Shown here piece by piece: positions 37,910 to 49,536 of a stretch of 55,432 nt of DNA. The position numbers were made by a program, and so were the translations under genes. This DNA comes from Octopus bimaculoides (lineage: Eukaryota), in NCBI RefSeq assembly GCF_001194135.2, contig NC_068985.1, forward strand, positions 68,493,143 to 68,548,574, written 5' to 3'. The notes under the pieces are model-generated. The model worked only from the letters and a program-made list of their open reading frames with translations. It was not told the origin of the DNA and ran no database searches. Numbering within the stretch: position 1 is the first letter of the stretch; every line of letters begins with the position of its first letter.

Positions 37910-39400
37910 CCACCAACACCACCACCACCACTAACACCACCACCGCCACAGGCAGGCTAAACAACCAATGCAACAACAACCAATGCAGCAACAGTCATCA
38001 AGGCAACATCGTGAACAGTAGAATCACGCTACCACGATGGCACCAACAATTGTAGCAATGGAAACAAGCATCTGACGGGCGGCACATATACGCCATGTAC
38101 TCGCGAGACTGGCGATTCAAAAGCCTTATCATGTGACGAGGAGGAATTGAATCCCCCAAGAAGGACTTGTGTTGGGGAAAAGCGAAAAAATAGTGAAAGT
38201 GAAAAGGAAAATTCACCTAGTACATCAGCTACACTAACAACAACACCGACACATTCACTAAAATTCCAACAACATAAACAATGCACACTCATTCAACCAC
38301 AACCACAACTACAAAAGATACCCAAACTGAAACAAATACATGAAAAGAAACCACAATCAAAAGAACAAATCGTACAACTTACTAGAGAACCTGAACGCCT
38401 CCTCAACTTCACAATCGTTCGCAAGAGCAACAGCAAGTTGTTGCGGGAATTAGGGAAAAACACGAATATTCATACAAAGGAATGGGGTTTGACGAATGCC
38501 CGTCAAAAGCCCCTCCTGATAGACAGCTGATAATAACTGATACAAACACATACCTAGTACTTTAAAAAGATACCTCAAAGTTATTGAGCTATTTAGTCTA
38601 AAGCTAGATAAAAGGACTTAAGGAAGGCCCTTCATTAATGAAAATGCGTCAGACGAGGCAGCTGAAACAGCGACCCTCTCAAAATCCAAGGTAGGTGACC
38701 TTCTTCCATTTTGTTTCTCCGATAAACATGGTCGTTTTCAGAGTTGGGTTGGAGAATGTTCGAGGCCTGGCGTCAGCTTGGAAGCAATGTCACTTGCTAA
38801 ACGACCTTAGGTCATTCGATTTAGATGTGACTGCAATTATCGAGACAAGGATTTCTAATGCGCAAGCAATAACACAAATTTTCAATGGCTATGAAATATT
38901 CTCATCACGTGATCTGTCGGGAGCCGGCGGTGAGGTAGCAGTGCTATTCCCATTCTCTTCTTCTTCTTCTTCTTCTTATTATTATTATTGTTATCATTAT
39001 TATTATTATTACCAGTATTATTATTATCATGGTTTCTCTAAATAACTTTAGAGGTGCACTTGTGCCACCATGGAAAATATTAGGAAATATGGCTTCAACG
39101 CAATTAAAATTTATCTTTCATCGAATTTGCCGTTCTTTTCGACTTTGTTTTAATTCCATTTCTAAATACTTTTGTTTATAATGTTTTTGTCTATTTTCTA
39201 GTTTCGTGATACCATTAAATGTACGAGATACAAACAATTTTTACACATGTTTTTGTGATGCTCGTATCGCCACATAATAGGCTCCTATCACTGTAAATAT
39301 GATGTGCTTGTTTAGAGATGGAATATAAACTAATTTTAATTTAAAATAAAACGTTAATTGCGTTCAAATAAGCAACAAAGCAAAATAAAAAAAACAAAAG
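36170..39400 (-). pseudogene. TLR-like relic, unit 9, split by an L1/Tx1 insertion
   Basis: VSRTFNGITKLE (39231), LRRCT ILIAGNKQ*KYMQSLFPYLR (36660-36601). TIR-like DDDHRKLTRALAKNLQVLE..ILCI..RWMC..DEKTFWLNF (ORF 35988..36338). Confidence 0.55.
36980..38950 (+). mobile_element. L1/Tx1-type LINE 5' portion: ORF1 (degenerate zinc knuckle) plus start of the ORF2 AP endonuclease
   Basis: ORF 37523..37960 VKISDVPPEL..VVAESRKPMDHNCGSNTYLKALCP. ORF 38695..39045 LENVRGL..DVTAIIETR..GGEVAVL, then breaks into (TCT)n/(TAT)n. Confidence 0.8.
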
Positions 39401-39734
39401 CGGTTAAGATACTGATTTCTATTTCTGTTGTTAAGCATCCAAGAATGAAAACATTCGACAAGTTACTGCTAAAATAACGTGACACTACTCCCCAATCCAC
39501 TCACACGCCTCCTGTCTTCGTCTTTCTACCGTTAAACAGGGACAAAATAGAAACGATATTCTGGAATCACAGTATGCACAATATACAATAAATAGTAATT
39601 AAGTCAGTTTAATTAATTTTACTAATCACAAACGTTGTTTACACTACTTGCGTTGAATCTCGAAATATGTACAAAGATCCAAGTTTGTTATGTATGTATG
39701 TATGTATGTATGTATGTATGTATGTATGCACGCA

Positions 39735-40320
39735 CAGTGGTTGGACAAAATAATGGAAACATCTTAAAATTTCAAACAAATTTATTTTAATATGGGTTAG
39801 GACCGCTTTGTTAGTAATTAGAGTTTGAATTCTACGAGATATTGACTTGTATAAAGTTTAAATTGTTTCCAATGGAATATTTGTCTGTTCTTCAGCTAGA
39901 ACAGTCTCCAGTTCTTGTAGTGATGATGGTGGGAAATATCGACTCCTTACTTGATTTTCTAAATTGCACCATACAGGTTCAATAATATTAAGATCTGGAG
40001 ACTGTGGTGGCCAGATAAGATATTCAACTTCAACAGAATGTTCCTTGCGCCATTCAGTAACAACTTTAGCTGTGTGATTTGGTGCATTATCATTCTGAAA
40101 GATTAGGTTTCTCTCCGGAACAGTTTCACAACCATAGGCTAAATTTGATCAGATAAATTGCTTAAATACACTTGACTATTAATTCTTCCATGAATGGAAA
40201 CCGTTGAGCCGGCGGATTTCCAAGATACAGCCCCCCAGATCATCACAGATCCTCCTCCATGTTTAACAGTTGGAAGAAGGCAGTCTGGGTCTTTACAAAC
40301 AATACACAACGCTTCAAGCG
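39735..40320 (-). mobile_element. Tc1-family transposon, 3' half (5'-truncated)
   Basis: CAGTGGTTGGACAAAATAATGGAAAC terminus. PTVKHGGGSVMIWG..FQNDNAPNH..WPPQSPDLNIIEPVW. Confidence 0.9.
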
Positions 40321-41000
40321 AACTACAATACTCTCCTATATGTATATATATATATATATATATTTCCAAGGTTTCAAATTTGTATATTTAAAAGGGATCC
40401 TCTGGAAAATTATATATATATATGCATACATGCTCTCATGGACGCACGCATCACACCATACACACATAGTATGCTTACAGTTTGCTTTCCCACTGTATGC
40501 TTCCTCATAAGGTGCCTAAAGTGGATATTACTGCTCTGACATTTTGCAGGGATACAACATTAAAATAATATTGTTTTTGACGCGAATTTCTTATCATTCT
40601 TCCGTTCCCAATATTCCTTCCTTATAATTCTTGACAAATGCATCCTTTGATAGTTTTGGGAATGCAGATTAAATAATGTTTATGTTTCAAGCATGCAAAT
40701 CTGAAAGACAAGTGAAAATGCTAAAGATACTGAAATTAGTAGCAACGCAAATCAGAATAGATTAGGGTACAGTGTAAAATTTCTTAATTTTCTCAATATA
40801 ATCACAATCCTCCCCCTCGAAACCTATGTCTGCCAAGTTTCAGTTAAACATTATATTTTTCAGAAAGCTCTATGAATCAAAATAGATAATTGGACATAGA
40901 TTGCATATACGTCTCTAACTCTCCTATTCTTTATCTATCTTTCTGTGTGTGTCTGTGTGTGTGTGTGTGTGTATGTGTGTGTATGTGTGTGTGTGTGTGT

Positions 41001-41042
<42 letters not shown>

Positions 41043-41137
41043 GCCAACGGGCTTTGAGATCTGATGGTACGCCATAAAACTAAGCCCTTTATGGACGTGA
41101 AACGTAAGGTAATCCCATAAACCGGCCTTATCTAATT

Positions 41138-41201
<64 letters not shown>

Positions 41202-41269
41202 CATATGTGTGTGTATGTGTGCTCGCGTGCGTGTATAATGTGTGAGTGTTATGCTCTCTCTCTTTACTC

Positions 41270-41481
41270 TTTTACTCTTTTACTTGTTTCAGGCATTTGA
41301 CTGCGGCTATACTGGAGCACCGCCTTTAGTCGAGCAGATCGACCCCAGGACTTATTCTTTGGAAGCCTAGTACTTATTCTATCGGTCTATTTGGCTTAAC
41401 CGCTAGGTTACGGGGACGTAAACACACTAGCATCGGTTGTCAAGCGATGTTGGGTGGACAAACCCAGACACACAAACACAT

Positions 41482-41516
<35 letters not shown>

Positions 41517-41687
41517 CATATATACGACAGACTTCTTTCAGTTTCCGTCTACCAAATCCGCTAGCAAGGCTTTGGTCGGCCCGAGGGTAAAGTAGAAGAC
41601 AGTTGCCCAAGGTGCCACGCTGTGGGAATGAATCCGGAACCATGTGGTTGGTAAGCAAGCTACTTACGACACATCCACTCCTGCGCC
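41270..41687 (-). mobile_element. tRNA-related SINE family B, near full length
   Basis: Reverse complement of the 13165 family: tttcagtttccgtctaccaaatcc..aaggctttggtcggcccg and gactgcggctatactggagcaccgcc. Confidence 0.85.
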
Positions 41688-42089
41688 AATGCGTGAACTT
41701 ATCTATCATAATATAAAATGAACATGGAGAGTGATTTTCTTTTGTAGCCTATTACCTTTTCAATGCAATGTATTACAAAAAGTAAAAAAAATGCATTTTC
41801 CCACTAATCTGAATACCAAGTCATACAGCCTATATGCAAGCGTATAAGAGCTATTAGATTTTAAAATTGTTACTGTATTACATGCAGCAACTCACATTAT
41901 TCTTTTAACACGTGCACGTGTATGTATATCCACAAAACAATTCTATACTATGATTCGTCTGTCTTCTGTCTCTTAATATGTAATCTCACTGTGTGTGTAG
42001 CGTTTACTTACCTCCCATCAAGCTCCTATCCTGCGCCTTTTACAACAACTTGGTCCCCTGCTTCTATACGACGTAAAACTTGACAGGAG

Positions 42090-42450
42090 TAAACAACCAA
42101 ATAACCAACCAACCAACGAGCCAACCGACCAACCAACCCACTAACCACCAACCAACTAAATACCAACCAACCAGCCAACCAACTAACCGCCAACCAACCA
42201 ACCGTCCACTAACCAACCAACCATCAACCAACCAACCACCAACCAGCCAAACAAGCAAGCAAGCAAGCAACCAACTAGCTAACCGACCAACCAACCAACC
42301 AGCCCACTAACCACCAATCAGCCAGCCAACCTACTAACCACCAACCAACCAACCAACCAACCAACCATCGACCAACCAACCAACCACCAACCAGCCACCA
42401 GCCGACCAACCAACCAACCGACCAACCAACCAACCTACCAACCAACCAAC
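42090..42450. repeat. Degenerate (ACCA)n tandem repeat
   Basis: Visible ccaa/accaac array; source of spurious PTNQ and VGWL ORFs. Confidence 0.95.
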
Positions 42451-43439
42451 CAACGTTTACATATATCGGCAACCAGCATTTGTTTTTAAATATGTATCTA
42501 TATATATGCATGCAAATGCAGCTATAGATATAAAACGTTCCGTTAACTCTTCAGAGAATATAATGAAACCATTTAAAGTGAAAGTTTGAAAATATTAGAA
42601 ACAAATGTTAATATCTAAGTCGAAAGAGAACCTTCTCTGTCATTCTAAAACGATACAAAAAGCCTTTTTTGTCAATTAATATTGTAATAAAACCCACCCA
42701 ACTACACATATAAAAAATTTGACACACCAAGGAAGCGAATAATATGTTGCTTTATGCATCGTCTTCAGCCTTACAGTAAAACGAGCAACTCATTCGGTCA
42801 TTTTTGTTTTTCTTTTTATCAATTTCTCAATTTTATTCTGCTTTATTTTTCATTTTTAAAGAATCAATTAATAGTTACTCTTGTCGTTCTTAATCCAACG
42901 GATTATGCACGCAGAAGACCACTCTTTAGTTTTGAAATCCAAGCTGCGCTTCCGAGCCTCGAGACATGTTTGCAAGCTGCATGTAGGATTAACTCTGCTT
43001 TACATGCTGAAAATCTCCGATGATATTTAAGACGATCTGAATCAATATTATTTATCCTCAGGTCAAACTTCTATTTAGACGTCAAAATTAGGATATTATG
43101 TATGCAACGCGAAATAACTCGAGTTTTTGGATCTATAAGAATAATTTCTGACAAAAGCACTCGCGTCATACATCAATATAAACATTCATTAAACACCTTG
43201 TTATATGGAGTACAGAGAAAAATTAAAATGAATACGCGGGAAAAGAGAACCGAAGACGTACAATTATTTTAGTGTTCTTCACCCGTTTTCACCCAGAAAT
43301 ATATCAAAGAACCTAAAAAAAGATTGTATAAATTATTTCGACTTTCTTCAAATATTCTGTAAGTGTGCAGCTGTTGTATCTATCTATTTTCTTTTCTGTT
43401 TCATTGGTTCCTCTTTAGCTGCAGTATTTTATATTGCAA

Positions 43440-43772
43440 TGGACCATACTTGACAGTAGCGTATGGTAAAACAGCACGCGGTCTAACCAAGTTAACATAA
43501 ATGTGTATGCAGATATTATTTGCCAGTGTATTGGAAGTTTTTGAGTAAGACTATTTTCCCCCACAATATTTTACATAATTGCTTAATTTTATCAGTTTTA
43601 ATGGCCCCATGCTGTGAAATGATACAACAATGAAATAGTCGCCTGTATATACAAACATTTAAGAAATAATTTCAAGTATCTGCTATGCACTGGTGTCCAG
43701 TTTTCATTTCACGTTAAATTTTGGGCTGATTTTTAAAATCGAAGAACAAAGATGCATCAGATATACACATTC

Positions 43773-43810
<38 letters not shown>

Positions 43811-44780
43811 GTAGTAGTAGTAGTAGTAGTATTTATCTATTTATTTTTTGATAACTCAATATAGAATTTTAAATGTTTTTATCATAGATAAATAGGTATA
43901 GCGTCATTTCCTTCATGACATAGCACGGAGTAAATGAATTAAACTAAATCAAAATTGTTTTAAACGAAGCATTTCTGAAAGATGAGATGTGAAATCTCAT
44001 CCATTTTAATAATAACCTCCATTCTTCAAACGTGGGAACATTTTGAATAGAATTGTTAATGGTGAAACATGTTAAATTTCAAGATGAAGAGGGGAAAATT
44101 TTACATTTGTAGGTGTTGACTGATTTGATACTCCAGTATTAATATTTATAACAATGAGTATAATGATCATCATCGTAATAGATGCTATTATAAGGATACT
44201 GTGGATGATGGTGGCAACGCCGATGATGATGGCAAGAACGACAACATCAATGACACCTATGATGGTGATGAAGACAACAACAATGAGTCTCACACGCATT
44301 TATTACACATACCGTTGGGATCAAGTGAAGATGCGTAGCTTAGTGGTCAGCGTATTCGACTAACGGTCGTAAGGTCCTGAATTCGATTCCCGGTGGTGTG
44401 TTTAGTCCCTTGAGTAAGACACATTATTTCACGTTGCTCCAGTCCACTCAGCTGGTAAAAACGAGTAGTACCTGCATTTCAAAGGGTTAGCTTTGTCACA
44501 TATTGTGCTACGCTGAATCATTCTAAGAACAACGTTAAGGGTATGCGTGCCTGTGTGTTTGTGGGGGTCTTAGCCGCTTGCACGTTAATTTCACAACCAA
44601 CTAGTACTCTTGTCGTCGTAACCGACTGAGTGCCAGTTACTGGGATCAAAATCAGCATCTAAATTTGAATCAATCATAAAATATCACACGTATTTGTTTC
44701 TCTCTAAAATATTAGTTTAAAGATGCTACTTGCATTCACGAAACGAGATATTATCCCAGCAATTACCATAATTAACATTA
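43440..44780 (-). pseudogene. Short TLR-like relic, unit 11 (mainly TIR)
   Basis: IQATISLLYHFTAWG and IISAYTFMLTWLDRVLFYHTLL (~43520-43455) resemble the TIR C-terminal TY..W....FW..L motif. Ectodomain evidence is weak. Confidence 0.4.
44327..44640 (+). mobile_element. tRNA-derived SINE family C
   Basis: tRNA-like head gcgtagcttagtggtcagcg..gaattcgattcccggt (A/B boxes) followed by ccttgagtaagacac..tgctccagtccactcagctgg body. Confidence 0.8.
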
Positions 44781-44799
44781 CCGTGTCAGTTGTAAATAT

Positions 44800-46560
44800 T
44801 AAATACTGTAGAAAACGAACTAAAAAGAAGCATATAAGGTGGCTATCGAAAGCGATCTGAGGAGTACTTTAAAAATGTGGCAGGAAGCAATGTCTAACTA
44901 ATACACATCTTTGGAGGTATTTGCTGTGTTATAGTTAGCATAAACACACGATGTAAAAATTACAAATACACAGATTATATTTTCAGAACTTTTATAGAGT
45001 GGAATCATTAACACAATCACAAACAACTTGGACATACAAGCTGATAAATTTACTGCTAGATCTTTCTTTACGATATCTGACTTCACATCTTTAATTACAT
45101 ATACAACGCATACAATACATCTCAAAATGCAAGTTCATCTCCCGAATAGTATCTTTCCAAATCGTTAAGGAAGATGTCTGCAGTTGCTGGAGGAGTGACG
45201 ACCTTCTAGAAATAGTGCCTAATGTGAAATGCTATAGTTTCTAGAATTAGTATCTAAAGTCAAAACGCTATATTTGTTATCTACTAACATATTATGAAGC
45301 TAATACGTCACCAATCCGCCTTCTAGAAATAATAGACAAGATTTTCTCCAACGTAATCCGACTGTCTTATAAAACGTATCAAAATAAAAGAGAGCATGGT
45401 GACTGATAGATAATTTGAACATTGTTTAGTGCATCACGACTGACCTGCATTTAAACAACATAAACAATATACTGTTTCATCAGTTAGACAATGCTACACA
45501 ATAAGGAAGAAATCTAAACAATGCTCCATTGTTTGTAAAATTTCTAGAAGCAGCTTCCCGTTCACGAATCCCAGGCAATCATACACAGGCATCTACACAT
45601 TTGAGTATGTGTAGTAACAGAAATAGATTAGTCTATTTGTATTTGTATACACATTTACTTATTAATTAAGCTGCTACAAAGTTTGTTGTTTTTAATAATA
45701 TTTTTTCTCTTATACTTCTCTTTAAATTCAGATTGGTAGTACTGGGACGAAAATATACCAGGAACATAGGTATTTATAAATTTTGGAATATGGAATTTTC
45801 GACTTCTTTTGTCGAATATATTTTTAAAAAATGGAACATGATGCAATATATGGTATACAAATTTTCGACAGAGAAGAAAATTTTCACTTGGAATATCTGA
45901 AATAATTACAACACACTAGAATTTTAAAATTTACAATTTGAAAATGCTCATTATTTCACGTCAAAACAGAAACTTAGAGATTTGCAATTTAAAAATCACT
46001 GTTACCATCAATTTCAAATGCTTCGTGGTACAAAAGATTGTTGCAGTTATATTAGATGCTAATATTAGTTGCTAGGTTAGCCTGTAATCGCAGTAACGAA
46101 GGTTGACGTTAAGAAATACAGTTATTTCTATGGCTATGTGTTCTTTTATACATCTAATAATCAATGGTTTTACTCTTTAAGCATTTGAATATGATTTTTG
46201 TAGATTGGATTGGCCTTTGTGATGCGTATACAATCATGTTAGTATTCCTTTGCTGCCTGGCTACTCAATTTTGATATTCTACGTATGTTGATGCTCCAAT
46301 GTCTATTTGGTGTGTATTTAAAATATTGCCCTTTATTTGAAATATTATGGTGTTGATAGTTTAAGGATTTGATCTGAGAAAGTGTCTTATTTTCTATTTT
46401 ACTAATACAACTTTTCCCAATGACGGCTTTTCGTTTAAAATTGTTTGAGATGCCTCTTAAGTGGCAATCCTTTACTACAGTTGATCGGTAGAACAACAAA
46501 GTAAGTCAACATTATGAATGATATAAAAAATGCATGAAAACATGTTGAATAGGTTTTCTA
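44800..46560 (-). pseudogene. TLR-like relic, unit 12 (best preserved ectodomain start)
   Basis: ORF 46239..46499 VVKDCHLRGISNN..CISKIENKTLSQIKSLNYQHHNISN. ORF 45655..45846 INTYVPGIFSS..IKNNKLCSSL. ORF 44898..45125 TIR-like KDVKSDIVKKDLAVNL..KSSENIICVFVIF. Confidence 0.7.
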
Positions 46561-47989
46561 ATTAGAATAGTTTAAATGAAATAAAAGCCTCAAGTATTAA
46601 CATTTAAAGAATATAAGGTGCCGTCCTGGTTGTTTATCATATGTATTGTATCTTTTTGGAAACAATAGCTTCCTAAAACTGATTCAATTGTTGAAAATTA
46701 AGGAACTTAGACGACATGCTTGAAATACTCGCAAGATCTGGTTCAACCGCATTTTGTCTAAGAAGAAAATGTGACTTCGAGTAATGTAGACTTAGATATT
46801 ATAAAGTCAATATAATCATGGGTAGTACACTTATAATTACTGAATAGATGGATCAGTGTTGATGTTTAAACTAAATTCAATAACGTAACATTTCGTGAAG
46901 TTATGGACTTGCGCAAAGTAATATGAGTGCCGAAAGAACATATAGTAGGTGATGGATAGTACTTAAATCTTCATTAGTTAATGAAATATGATTTATTTTA
47001 TTTTAGGTATACATACTAATATCCATAATAAGAACTGAACATTGGATTCATGTCTAAAATCTAAAACATGGACATGCTAATTAGCAGGTACTTTCATGGA
47101 AACATCAAAGGTGTCATTGTGTTTCGTGTTAATTTCCATTTTTATTACACATTTTCATTTAGAGTTGTGATGTGGCAATGCTTTGGGTTCTGCATATTAA
47201 AAAAGTATTGATCATTTATATTGTTAACTTTTAGAGATCATGTTTCTTTGCTTTTGGATAGCTTTGGTATGTGTCACTTCTTTACCATGTTAGTAACGTT
47301 TGAAGTGGGAGATGGATTTTTCACATTTGATATTGCTGTAGATTTCATTCCGAATCTACTGATATTGTTCGTAGTTTTTGAGTGCTGTTGATGGTAGTGT
47401 AGTTCATTTTATTGATGGTTATTTGCAGTCTTTTCAATGTTTTCTTTATAACTATATGATCATAAATCTTTTATTTAATTGTGAATTATTCCAAGACTTT
47501 TAGTTTATTGTAAATTTATTTTTTATTAGCAAAACCATTATTTATTTAATTTTTATCTCTCTATGCCTACTTTTACGTGGCAGTGTGAATAAGTGATTAT
47601 TTATTGTTAGGGCGTCTGTGCAAAATGTGTGCGTTTGTCCGTGTGTAAAACATTATAAATGATTGAGCGTGAGTTTGAGCAAATATGCGTAGATTTTAAG
47701 AAGCGGTAATACGTTTAATTTCTTTCATTGTTTTTGATATTTAGAAATTTTTCTCACTCGTTTCTGATTTAAAATGTTATAATCAATAATGTAAAATGCC
47801 TCGTCTTATAAATTTCATTTGCTGTAAGAAAATAAAAGGAAACTTCGAAAGAAATGAAGGGAATTATAGTGATGTTGATGATGATATCATAAAGACAGCA
47901 ATGACAATGATAATAAAGATAGTAAATATTTTTCCTTATGTGACTGCTACTATGTTTGATAATAACAATAACCACAACATCAATAATGA

Positions 47990-48144
47990 TGATGATGATG
48001 ATGATGATGATGACGATGATGGTGACGACGTCGATTATTATGACGATGATGATAATAATAACATGAACAACAACGACAACAAACAACAACAACAGCAGCA
48101 GCAACAACAATAACAACAGCAAAAACAATAACAACAACAACAAC

Positions 48145-48200
<56 letters not shown>

Positions 48201-48210
48201 TAATAATAAT
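47990..48210. repeat. Compound (GAT)n/(AAC)n/(AAT)n microsatellite
   Basis: Directly visible; source of poly-L, poly-D and poly-Q spurious ORFs. Confidence 0.95.
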
Positions 48211-49028
48211 AAAGATAATAAAACGGAACCTAATAATGTTGTGAAAACAAAAAAAAAGCTATCATGACATTGATATTTTTGTATTTCGGTTTATTTGTAT
48301 TGTTGTCGTTCTTGGTGCATTTTAACATTGTTCTTTATGTCGCTATATGTGCTATTGCAGATTAAATTTTGTATAAATGTGGAGTAAATTTAGAATAAAA
48401 ACTAGCAGAAAATCAATAACGATAAAAATTTTATCCGTTATACGGGTGTGATATATCATTTGAAATTTGTTATGGTAAATATGATAAATATAATTATGAA
48501 AATCCTTGAATAGAATATATAAACGGAAAATTTAATTATCCATATGTATTCGAGGTAGGATTTTTCCACAAAATATACGCGTACAAGTTAAAGGAAATTT
48601 AACGAAAATACGCTGAAAGAGTATAAGTTTCAAGGAATGTTATATTACANNNNNNNNNNNNNNNNNNNNNNNNNNNNNNNNNNNNNNNNNNNNNNNNNNN
48701 NNNNNNNNNNNNNNNNNNNNNNNNNNNNNNNNNNNNNNNNNNNNNNNNNNNNNNNNNNNNNNNNNNNNNNNNNNNNNNNNNNNNNNNNNNNNNNNNNNNN
48801 NNNNNNNNNNNNNNNNNNNNNNNNNNNNNNNNNNNNNNNNNNNNNNNNNNNNNNNNNNNNNNNNNNNNNNNNNNNNNNNNNNNNNNNNNNNNNNNNNNNN
48901 NNNNNNNNNNNNNNNNNNNNNNNNNNNNNNNNNNNNNNNNNNNNNNNNNNNNNNNNNNNNNNNNNNNNNNNNNNNNNNNNNNNNNNNNNNNNNNNNNNNN
49001 NNNNNNNNNNNNNNNNNNNNNNNNNNNN

Positions 49029-49085
<57 letters not shown>

Positions 49086-49536
49086 ATTTCTGTGCAGCAG
49101 ACTTCTTTATCTGTTGGTCGAGGGAAACCGTCAGAAATTGTGAAACTGATAAATTTAATGATATTAGAGTTAGAAATATCTGCCATATTTCCCTTGAATC
49201 GGAACCTGGAAAATGTAGTATTTAATTTATGGAAACAGGTATAAATGAAAGAAGTGATATGTAAAATAGACCTATGAAAGAAGAGCAACCCCGTCTACAC
49301 GTAGTGATTCAAAAGGATATTAATCTGCTTTCGCAAAGATTTCTCATCCATGTTCTTATCGAGATTACAATTCAAGCACCCAGACAGTTAAAACTCCCAT
49401 TAAATATTAAAGATTCCTCGAGCATTGGACACTTATGGAAATCTACATGAATGTGTGTAGACTTTGCTGTAGAAAAGGGAATATATGCAATGATATTTTG
49501 AGGCAAAGTATTGCTACTTTTCTTTTTAACCAATCA

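Larger units (their letters stand above)
39400..43400 (-). pseudogene. TLR-like relic, unit 10, split by Tc1, a SINE and microsatellites
   Basis: KFDLRINNIDS (43070), IIGDFQHVK..MQLAN, ILIHRAF, TM FALLLISVSLAFSLVFQICML (~40750-40690), TIR start QYYFNVVSL..VISTLGTL (~40573), LFNGRKT (~39545). Confidence 0.5.

Noticed and set aside
44327-44395. tRNA-like sequence
   Set aside because: It is the head of a SINE, continues into a SINE body, and lacks a clean cloverleaf
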